This document shows, piece after piece, positions 44,601-55,572 of a stretch of DNA of 64,000 nucleotides; positions within the stretch are counted from its first letter, which is position 1, and each line of letters opens with the position of its first letter. The DNA lies in the NCBI RefSeq assembly GCF_000315625.1, contig NW_005434590.1, forward strand, positions 108,311 through 172,310, in the 5' to 3' direction. This stretch comes from Guillardia theta CCMP2712. Lineage: Eukaryota > Protista > Cryptophyta. The notes below the pieces were generated by a model. That model saw only the letters and a program-made list of their open reading frames with translations. It did no database searches and had not been told where the DNA came from. Position numbers and translations under genes: made by a program.

Positions 44601-47600
44601 GCTTCATCAAGGTCAAAGTCGGCAGACCTTGCAAGCCTGATCGACGTGATCTGGCTCGTGCCAAAGAAGGATGGAAAAACTATCTGGGCGGTGAAGTTGT
44701 TTGGAAGGGGAAGTAAAGTAGTCATCTGCACTGTCATGGTCCCCTCGTATCCGATCCCCATCATGTCAGGGAGGAACTTGACATCTTGTATGCCCTCTGG
44801 GAATATTTGCAACGATGCTGATCCTTTGTCCGACGTGTATAACCTTCCCGTTGAGACATCATCCACCTTGGCTACAACGTTGATCTCGTAAGTACCAGAC
44901 ATGGTAGGATTCCTGCACTCAGAGAGAGACAAGGAGATAGCTGAAAACGTGATGTATCCCATGTCAACGACAGGAAACGAAAGCGTTACAACCTGGCCCT
45001 GGATGGTAGAGTTGAAAATTCCTTGGAAATCGGAAATGATAGTGATTGTAGATTCTGAGCTTGTCTGGAAGCCATCTGGCAAGATAATCTCTATCGTGGT
45101 TGAATTGGTAGGGAGGCTGGACATGAATTGAAGGTACAACATGTAACTAGTCGCTCGCCCAGCAACGTTGTCATCACTTGATACATCCACAAACATATTC
45201 CTGCTGCCCACATAAACTCCCTGAATGCCTCTGTCCTCGTCAACAGTAGAATCTCCCAACTTTGTTCTGATCTCAAACACCCCAGTCATCCCTTCTGTTC
45301 TCGGAGCTCTGAGGCCAACAAGACTGAGCTCAACCTGCTCCTGAGCCTGCAAGTCTCGATCGTTGAGGATGACAAGTGCGTTTCTCTGCAGAGAAAAACT
45401 CACCATGCTCAGTCCGTCTCCTAGCACTGTCACACTCCCACACGCCTGAGTGACGCATGTCGCAGCAAGTGGCATGTCAGCTGGCAAGACAACCTCCACG
45501 ATCGACCCACGGACAAGAGGGTTGGAGATGGCGAACGAGACAGTCAAGGTGACTTCCGTTTCGATCACGCACGGCTCTTGACATGTCACAGCAACGAACC
45601 CAAGACGGGAGGGCTCGACAGAGGTCCCAGCAGCCGACCCTTCATCGATGACAACCCCATCTGCTGTTGTCGTCTGCAAGATGTAGGGGTCCGTCACTCC
45701 CGTGTAGGGCATATTGCGCATGCTGTTGATGATGAAGGAAACTCGCCGGCCCCGAGGGATGTTGGACCCAACCACTTTGACCTTGAGTGAACATCCTACG
45801 GTACATTCTCCATCGGCTCTCTGGAGCTCTAGAGCTCCGTCGATCCCTTCGTAGTGCCCGTACAGAGCTGGACCGTGGAGCGAGACGTTGAGTGGGAAAC
45901 CCATTATGATGTATCCTCCCTCAGGGACTTCATTCTGAACTTGTATGGACACCGCGACGGCAGTCAGTGAACCAGCTTCTGCATCCAGGGGAAGGACCGC
46001 GGCCATGGACAAGGTCCCAGGAAGTAGGCTGTCAACAGTCAGGGAAGCGACTCCGAAGTCGATGACATGTCCACTCGGCGTCTTGGTTTGGATGTAAACC
46101 CAGTTCATGTCTCCGATGTACGGCTGAGAGCTGACTGACGAGACTGGAAACTTTGCTTCTTGCAAGGCAGGGAGGGGAACACTGTCCTTGACTGTGAAGA
46201 AGACTTGGTTTCCTTCCACCGTAACCTCTGCGGTCAAGTTGACGATGCCGATCATACTACAGTATGACCAGGATGGCAAGGAGGAAGGGGAGGAAGGGGA
46301 GGAGGCGGAGAAAAAAGTCGAAGGTTGCTGAATAAGAAATCCCTCCATGAAATCAAACTGGATGACTCCATTGTAGGGAACCTCGTTAGACGGTCGAAAC
46401 ACAATCTCAATGTTCCCAGGCTCCCCTGATCTTGTCAAGTACGAATGAATTGACGCATTTAAAAGATGATTGGCTCTGATAGCCACCATTACATCGCTCG
46501 CGTCAACGATGATCGGTTGTTGTTCGTAGAGGAAGTAAGTTCGGATCGTGAACTTAAAGTGTCCGGAAAACAACAGGTTGCGAACACTGATAATGTCAAA
46601 GTTGAGAGCAGTTCCTCCTGCGATAGACTCTGCGTCGTAGGACGCTGAGAAGTTGATGTAAGGGAAGCTACAGGCGCTGGTCAACATCGATGTCTTGTTC
46701 GACATCTGCACTTGGCAAGCAGAGGAAAACCCTTGCACGTGCTCGACAGAGAGCAGGGAGCCAGCCCGGAGAAAGTTGTTGGTCTTCACAGCCAAGTGCA
46801 AATGCCCCGTCTCTCCCGCCATGTCGGAATCGAAGACAAGTTGCACATCGAGAAGAGAGTTTGGCAAGACGTCAAGGCGGTGCAATGACTGGTCGACTAT
46901 GACCTGGTTGTCTCCATCATCGCTCAACAAGAGCACGATAGCATCGAAGGACGTTGAGAACTGCGGGCTGTTCACTCCGCTCACAGTCAGCGTCATTGCC
47001 TGCAAGTCCTTGACTGCAGGTATCCTGCTGCATGTTCCAAAGTTGTGATTGTAAGAAACGACGTTGGAGATGTCGCAAAGAGGGGGAGGTCGGACAGTTG
47101 TTAGCGAGGCTCTTGACAAGTTAGTCAACAGCAAGTAAGAGTGGAAGACAGTGACGTTCAGGTCGCTGAAAGTTCCAGTCTTGGGGTCCAGTAGCTTCAG
47201 TCTGACTGCCTCCGGACTGAGAGGGCGGAAACCGGGAAGGTCCAGTGCAAGGCTGAAGAGAGGAGGGAGGAGAGCGTCGTCAAAGTGCAAGGTAACCGTG
47301 AGATTCGTAGGATCGCCGGTTCGGAGAGCTGAAGTTGTCATGGTAGCGTTGGCGATGTAGGAGATCTGGGGGGAGGAGAGAGGGAGGACGAAGTCTTTCA
47401 CCGAGGTAGAGGAGTAGGCGAAGAGATGCTGGTCCCCCTGAGGGCTGACATGGTAAATCCTGTAAGTTTGTTTCCTGTCGTACCCGAACGCGGAGCCGGT
47501 TGATACTGAGAAATTCACGAGGGCAGTGATGTTCAATGTATGCTGGCCTCCCATATTCGATGATGATGATGATGATGATGACGATGATGATGATGATGAT

Positions 47601-50600
47601 GGGCACTGGTCTCCGAAAGACATATTGAGAGTCCCGTTGGCAAACCTCCCATCCAAGAGTTTGACGTTGCTGCTCAGAACACTCTCAACACTGATGTCAA
47701 CACAATACTCCAGATCAATCAGCATGTAGAAGCAACCAGTGAATGCGTTCACCGAGTCGACATGCAACTCTATTATGAACATTTCCCGAGAGATCCCCAA
47801 CTTATCTTCAGCTCCAAAGAACAGAGCATCTTGCACGCCTGCATTTCTGATGACGGAGGAGACCGAGAGGAGCTCTGCAGCTCGTGTATGAAACCGCAGA
47901 CGATCGTCAGTTTGCTCGACGACCACTCCAAACTCATCCGCGATGAGAAGATACATGAGCACATCTTGCTCCCAGTATGGGTTGTACATGTCAACAACTA
48001 GCTCTATGCTCGCTCCGGCTGGTATTATCTCGCCTTCAAGGTCCATCAGGACAGTAAAACTTGAGAGGTTGTGTATGGTTTGAGTGGTTCCATTGATAGC
48101 CTTCGATACTTGGATACTACCACCTGAAGTCTGCCAAAGAGCCTTGATGGTAGTCATGTAAGGGGAGCAAGCATCCAGGGAACCTCGACAGAACAAGGAC
48201 TCCTGCGAGGAGGAGATACTAAGAGTCATCAATCCAGGGAGAGGGTTGCTTGTCTTCAACGACAAGGTCATGTTCGACCTCGATCCGCTGACGTCAGAGC
48301 TCAAGACAACCACTGGATCCTTCACAACTGAAGGCAGGAGAGCTATCTCTATATCAGTCGCGTTCACATCCACATCGTTGCACATAGTCCAGACGGAAAA
48401 GTTGTACCTTCCTGCAGGAACATAGAGTGGATTGCGCACATTCACAAACCTCAAATGAAAAATGTTGTCTGCGGCAGATGCAGACTGTGATTCCTCACCG
48501 TCATACACAAACACAAACTCGTCGACATTGTTTGCACTCTCAACATGAAAGCTGCAGTTGCAGCTCAGCCCCGACAGATTACCGTTGAGCACAGAGATGT
48601 TCGAATCCTGCAAGCTTGCCCCTGGAGGGAACCGAATGTGCAGCGACGAGATCAAGCAAGATTGCAGAGATGAGCTCATGTTGTAGTTAAAGTTGAGATC
48701 ACTGTATCCGGCAAACCTCATCGGCACTTGCTCCAACTCAATGTTGACAGTTCCTGTTGTGATGGTGAAACTTGTAACATTGCGGTTCTCGTCCACAACA
48801 GACATGTTTGTAGCGCCGCCGTTGACAGTTTGCACGCGAAAATCGTCCATAGTGGCAGGAAAGTAGCCGTTGCGAATGTAGAGGAACACGATGTCAATTG
48901 GATAAAGGCAAGTGGCGTCAACAACAGAGACAGAAATTCGAGAGAGGGAGAGAGAAAGAATTTCCACATGATGAGTCGCAGACAAGATCTGGGACGCGCT
49001 GACGTCCAACTCAACAGGGAAATCAAAGTGGATGACGGAATTGTCCGGCAACCAGTTTTGTGCTAGTGACAGGAGAGAGAAGGAAATATTTGTCAGGAGC
49101 CCAGCCCTTGTCTCTGAAGAAGAAGCTGCAACGCTCAACAAGCCGGGGGCGATGGTCAAGGGAGGGAAGGAAGTTCGGATGTCAACAAGCTGATGCTCTC
49201 GATCGAGTGTGCTCAGTCGAAGACCTTCGAAGCTCTCGGAGAACGGAGGATTCCAGACTAGGCCTGTCGTGAGCTTGAAGATAGTTCCTTGCTTGAAAGT
49301 CATGCCGTCCTGACCGAAGGTGATAGAGACTTTGCTGGAGGGAGACTCACAGAAGGAGCAGTTCCTGCGATCGCAGAACCCTGACAACTCTGTCATGGTC
49401 GAGGCCAGGTTGCACTTGGTACAGGCAGCAAAGTCTACAGTCGACGGATCAGTGTAGGAGGAGGAAGATGTGTTGCCTGAGATGCAGATGCACAAGGAGC
49501 CTTCCTCTTCGCTGATGAAACCGAAGGATGGAGGAAGGAAGATTTCCAGCGTGACAGGAGCAGCAGTCTCCTTCACCATGGAAAAGCTCACATTCATCCT
49601 CCCCTGCTCTCCTACCCTCGTCCTCTCCAGCGACACCATCGCCTGCATCTGCACCCGACCAGCCACTGCGGACGAGACCGAACTGAAGTCGCTACAGCCC
49701 ATTCTGTTCCAACACGCCGCGACGCGAAAGAAGTACTCCACGTTCTCTATCAACGGGCAGTCTACTGTGCCTGTGAAGCTCGAAGTTCTTCCGAACGTGA
49801 TGGAGCTGACGTCTGCAGGCACGTCCCTGACCTGGAGGGTTGTCGACAGGTTTGACATGTCTTCTAGAAACGTTCTAGAGCTCCAGACCGTGGCCGAGGT
49901 ATCGCAGTACCTCTCACCTCCCCTCACATTGCACACATCAGACTCGTTGCTCACAGCCACTGGGTCATTGCACAACGACGACGAGCACGGCGAGTATTCC
50001 GTGACAACCATGTCAAAGCAATCGAGCTCAGAATGAGGAGCATGAGACGCGTTGGCGCAGCCCATCACGATCACAGTCGAGTTGTCGGTCTTTCTTGCCT
50101 TGGCCCGCATGCAGACTTGCCCCGCATCACACCTGACAATGTTACAAGACCGGCAGCTCTGCGGCAATGGAAGGTTCAATGTGGAGAAACATTGTAGCCT
50201 GTCTGGTCCATAGGGGTTGGCGAAATCATCAATGTTGGTTGTCCACTGTACGCGAAAGAAATCAGCTGATGTCAAACTTGGTCCCAAGAATGGTCGTTTG
50301 ACTGGTTGCCACGAGTATTCCAAGATAACATGATCAATCAAGTCCACGTGTGTATTTGTTGGAACGCTCGGCCTGAAGCTGATAGGAAACAACCTTGCAG
50401 CTACTCCGTCAAGATTTGCATTGAATGCTTGCAGGAATAAGACAAAAGATGCTCCAGTGTTGATGATGGGAAACACGACAGACGTGACATTGGGTGAGAT
50501 GGTCAGAGAAGTACAATCAGTGCTCGATTCTGAGTTGCACGAAGTCCCCAAGGATGAAATGTTTGTTGTGATTTTGATTCTGAAACCTGCCAAGAGTTCA

Positions 50601-51121
50601 AGACAAGGCACGTCCGAAAGATTACCCAGTCCACAAGAAGCAGGATTGTCCCATACGACGACAATTTTTCCATCGCACGGCGTTATCGAGATGTTGAGAG
50701 GTATTGAAGGAGGATCGAGGATGCGCGTGTAGACAGGATTGGACATGTTTGATTCTTGCAACATGTCCCTAGAAGAAATATGTACAAAGACAGATAAAGC
50801 AAGGTTATAGAACTCCCCTAAGATCAAGTTGTCAACCATCAGGTCAATGGTTGAACAATTACACGACAACTCTCCAGCGCAGTCGTGCTTGACATTTACA
50901 TTCTTGCTGGATGCATTGAAGCTCGCAAAGACTGATGTGTTTCCATCACTGATATTGTACAAACGAAACATTGCAATGAGAGAAAGATTGCCACGTTGAC
51001 ACCATCCAAGTGAGATGCTCCTGTCGCCATAACTCTGAATCTTCAGCTGTGAAGGATCAAATTCTGAGTTCATTCCAGCGACTTGCAGCACAAAGAATAT
51101 AAGAAAGAGGAAAGCTTTCAT
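29683..51121 (-). CDS. Giant (~7,075 aa) secreted multidomain protein: signal peptide, 3 FN3-like domains, ~40 Ig-like beta-sandwich repeats with inserted LU-like, FN2 and discoidin-like modules, and a C-terminal beta-propeller-like region
   Basis: Exons 51121-30884, 30764-30615, 30568-30315 and 30268-29683 splice in frame (GT-AG, GC-AG, GT-AG). N-terminus MKAFLFLIFFVLQVAG is a signal peptide. Repeat consensus AG..T.L.VSF...NPLP.DG.I.V.LP.GF...V.NP/R..G.TG.F.IRT...G.VID. Many NxS/T sequons; no obvious C-terminal TM segment. Repeat count is estimated from length, not counted. Confidence 0.9.
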
Positions 51122-53523
51122 GGCAATGGACTGTTATGTACAGAAAGTGTTTCTAGCGATCGATCGTCTCGGCAGCATATCAAGAATTATAAACCTCCTG
51201 GATAACTTCCTTCCTGCGAAGAACGCATGTCACAGAGACGAGAGGAATAAGGAGCACTGCAGTTGATAGAGAGCACATCGTAGGCTGCTACAAAATCAAA
51301 GAGGGAGAGAGGAGAATTGAGCAGAGGAAAGGACGATTGACGATAGGAAAGGACAGGAGTGTACGATCTTGGATGCATGCATGCAGGATGATCGGGCAAG
51401 ACAGGGAGGGTTGATAGAGATGGACATGAAGGAGGAGCGGAGGACACGTAGAGGAGGATGAAGATGCAGCGCTCAGGCCCTTCGCTCTGCTGCATCTCCC
51501 TAAACCCAAGAGACACCATGATTATCCGAGGTCACATGAACTTTCGAGAGGCAACGAACTTTTCAGTAGTGGGAATGCTGTACTTTTGGAAGTACGCTTG
51601 AACTTTTCAACATGAAGCCCTTGTCAAACTAAAGGAGGACTCATAACCTTCTGTTTCACTCAGTGAGTCACTCAAGTGTCCCCCGGGTATCGGCCGGCCC
51701 CGTGATGGAGTAGCTGGTCACGGGGCGGGCTCGAATCTCAGTCTCCGACGCGGAGCCAGTGATGTTGGCAGAACCAACTGCCACTTGCTAAAGCGAAACG
51801 ATCCTTTTTCGATCTCTGGTTGAACTATCAGATACAGAAAGACTCATAATCGGATCTTTCTATCCAAGAAAGAATTTAAAGATATCATATAACAATTTAA
51901 AACCCTCCGTTGATCTGAAAAAACATAGATTCGTCGTGTGATTCTCTGTTATCCCTTGAGGCCCCTCCTTCCTTTACTACAGTCCTCTTCGGCCCCGTAT
52001 CTGAGTCCTACACAGGTAGCAGAAGTACAGACCACGCTACGACCCCGCCCATAGGGCTTTCATTGCCCAAAAACGCGTGGGAGGATTTTCTGTTGACAGG
52101 GGTGATTGGGGGTTACGATACTACCGGTCCTAATGATTGATATTTGGTGGGTAGGATATTTCTGCCGTCGTTTTGAGTTTTAGAGTTTTATATTTGAATT
52201 TTATTACGAAACTTTACCAGCAATTTCGGTCAAATCATCAACATTTCCATGAATATTGAATATTTCGGGGCAATTTGGAAATTTAAAATACATTTGAGAC
52301 TTTGAACCTTTTGGAGGGAAATAGGGGTATGGTGGTTTGCTCGGGTGGGGTGTGAATAACCATTTTGGATGTGATGTGGGTGGATTAAAGGTTGTGTCCT
52401 AGCCAGAGGGTAGTATCTATGGCCTTTTCAATTATATGTGTTATTGGTAAACTGTGTAGGTTCATCCCTAGACACAAACACCACAGTTCACAATCAAAAG
52501 TCCCTAGGTGGGGGTGAGGGGATGCATCAACATGGAGGGTGGGGGGTCCTTGGGGGCAAGACTTGTATGTTCACTGACTACAAAACATTATACGAGAATT
52601 CCTAAAAATGACCCACCCTTTCCTCTTGTATAGATAGGGTACTGAGAGCTCATGGGGTCACTCTAAAATACTTTTCATGACAGTCATGGTAGCACTACTT
52701 ATAATAAGTTTTAAGACTTCACCCACCCTCTGGAGGGCGGTGGATGCAGCCTTCAATACCACCGGTAGCGGCCATTTCAAAGGGGTGGATTTGCATCACC
52801 CGTGGTCCAATCTCTGTGTGTAATCATCGTTACCCCAACATTTCCCAGGATCATATAGGATAAAGCACCGGTGTAATGTACCCTATTCGTGTGACTACCC
52901 CACTTATTCACACAAGGTACCCTTGCCCCACCCCCTACAGCTGAAATTACCCCTCTCTACCGCATCAGCAAACTGTCTCTCCAATATGCAGCAGCTCCGG
53001 AGTTGCTTCAGCTACCTTCTCCCCGCCTCCTCTTCCCGATTCTCCTTCCTGCCTGCTCCTTCTGCACCTCCTCCTCCTCCTGCTGATACGCCTGGTCCCG
53101 CTCTTTCACAACTCTCAGCTGCGCTACCCGGCCATTTGCACCTCCACTCCAGCCGATGTCATCGTTCAGAGTCATCCCAGTCATCCATCGCAGTCATCGT
53201 TGTCAGTTGTAGCATCTTCAGCTTCATTCTCCATATCTTCTATTTCACGCACGTTACCAAACGTGCTCCCACCGCCTCCCTGTTGCCTCTTCTTCCCTGT
53301 GAATCCACTGCATGCCTCTGCTCCTCACTGGGCCATTCATCCCCATACGCCGAATCCTTGCCTTGCTCGCTGCTGTTGGACTCCAATACTTCCTCCTGGT
53401 GTTAGAGATTGAGTGATCAAGATTGTTTGCATGATGTCATGATAGAAGAGTTGTTCTCAGGCAGATGCACGGTGTTGCCACCTATGATTGAACTCTCGTA
53501 GGACCTGACATTCCTTACGAGGC

Positions 53524-53606
53524 TTACTTTCACAACAAGTTTTCCCACAGAGCCACCCAGCCTTACCTGTTACTTTCACAACAAGTTTTCCCACAGAGCC
53601 ACCCAG
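53524..53606. repeat. Direct duplication, 37-bp identical core, 46-bp period
   Basis: ttactttcacaacaagttttcccacagagccacccag occurs twice. Confidence 0.9.
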
Positions 53607-53706
53607 TGTTACTTTTGTCCTCTATCATGCTCCACTCCTGGATTTCTCTTGCATTGTTTGACTTGTTCCTCTTGCTAGCTTCGGGCGTTGATCACCAGCC
53701 CGAAGG

Positions 53707-55533
53707 ATGCGGCATCGGGACGCGTCCGCCGTCCAAGAAGACTCAAACGAGTCCAACCGTCCCTCCAATCGCCCGGCAGCTTCAGACAGTCTTGACTTTG
53801 CTCTTCATCGCCATTCTACCAAACTTCTCACTGGTTACCGGGATGGGATCATTAAGCGTGCAAGGGGCAGGGTTGTCACAAGAACAATCAGCCCCATTCT
53901 TCTTGTGCTCGTCTTGTTGATTGGACTCTCTGGTCAAGTAAGAAGCCCAACCTCAAATTGTGATGCTTTCATTGATGGTTGGTAACAGGCCTCCTCTCAC
54001 AACCTGGCGCAACACAGAACTCACACGGAAACAGGTACAAAGGGAAACTGTCATAAGGTGTACTCATTTTTTGCGGCAAGGTGGCGATTCATACTGCAAG
54101 AAACGAGTTTGCACATCGAAAGCGGAAAAATGCACACACAATTCTTGCTCATGTCCGAAAAGTGCCAACAACCTTCCGTCCTTCCACACCTGCTTTGTTG
54201 AGAATGTTTGGAAGTCTGGGAGAAGAAAGCTGTTGCCCGTCCTCTCGGCATTTCTTGCCCCTTTGGGTAAGAACAGTTCTGCTATCAACAAGTTTTGATC
54301 TCCTTGTAATATCTCACATGCCAGGATCTCAATATCCCGTTGCCAACCGAGAGACCAACGAGGCTGATATGGCATGCCAGCAGTGCAAGTCTCCCAGGCA
54401 GAAGAAGGAGCCACGGCGAATCCGAGCAGATCGCACAGTCAACATCGATGCTGACGCATGGGAGGTTGTTCTCCTGCTGAAGTGGCCTATGCGCTATCTG
54501 ACACTGATGTCAAAGGTACTTGCTCTGACCTGTGATGTGGCAAACTATGGCGATTGGGCTGGGAATGGAATTAAGTCTATCCAAGTATTGAAGGCCTCGC
54601 AGAATAAGAAGGTGAATGCTCTCTATTTCTTTCTCTCTCCCTTCCTCTCTCTCTGTTTCTTCCCATTCTGATGACCCCGCTCCAGGTTCTTCGATACTCT
54701 GCTGGTGCCATGGGCTTGAAGTTCAGATTCGATCTCGCATGGACGATGCCTGCAGGCAAGAGCCTCCATCCCGGACAGAAAGCGCAGGTGAAGCTGGGAG
54801 ATAGACATGAAAGTGCTTTGATGCATGATTGCTTCAGGTTACATTCCGCAATGTGAGGGCGGCGCATGGCACCTCAGAGGCAATGATGAGAACAATCTCT
54901 GGTGTTTACACCATCCACAGGTCTTGGAATGTTTGCAGGTCGATTGTTTCCTGATACCTCGAACAGTACCGCAAAAGGCCAAACTTCTGTTCGATTCCAG
55001 TTCGGGTCTGAGCTGAGCGATAAGGTGCTTTCCTTGTATTGCAGGCAGAGTCGGTTGGATCGTTCCAGCTGACTATCATTTCGCCTTGAAACAGGTTCCT
55101 TTCTTCATTCAGAACACGCTTGCGAGGATGGTGGTGGACATAGCTACCGGTTGTCGATCGTCCATGTGACCTTTGTGGATACTGAGTGTGGAGCAGGGGA
55201 GCTCAAGAAACATGCTGAGTCGAATGAGTTCAAGGTAAAACTTGCTTCTGACGCAGAGTTTGTTTACATCGGTGGTCTGCCTCAGATGAAATTGGCTGCA
55301 AAGCAGTCTACACAGTTCCATGAACAATTCTTTCGGACGGTAACTTGTCTTTCTTGAAGAGCGTGAGTGTGACTGTTGTTTCCTAGTTTGAGACCCACTT
55401 GCAAAAACACAACCCCATCCCCAAAGTTGTTAACGCCGCAAAGCAGGTCGAGCTCCCGTCGTGTTGTGTGCTTCTGAAGGTACTGACTGCGCTTGTTCAG
55501 ATTTATTCCCCTCTGGAATTGAAGGTGGCTTGA
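53707..55533 (+). CDS. START/SRPBCC (polyketide cyclase/dehydrase, CoQ10-like) domain protein with an N-terminal hydrophobic segment; spliced
   Basis: Spliced RADRTVNIDADAWE|VLALTCDVANYGDWAGNGIKSIQVL..VLRYSAGAMGLKFRFDLAWT..GAWHL..PFFIQNTLARMVVDIATG|ELKKHAES fits the SRPBCC pattern. Ends IYSPLELKVA* at 55531-55533. Confidence 0.7.
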
Positions 55534-55572
55534 AGGATTCTCTATACAAAGTTTCTTATCATCGCGCCTCTC

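Noticed and set aside
52923-53700. Possible acidic minus-strand gene remnant or + strand 160-aa ORF
   Set aside because: No consistent frame or motif; too weak to call.
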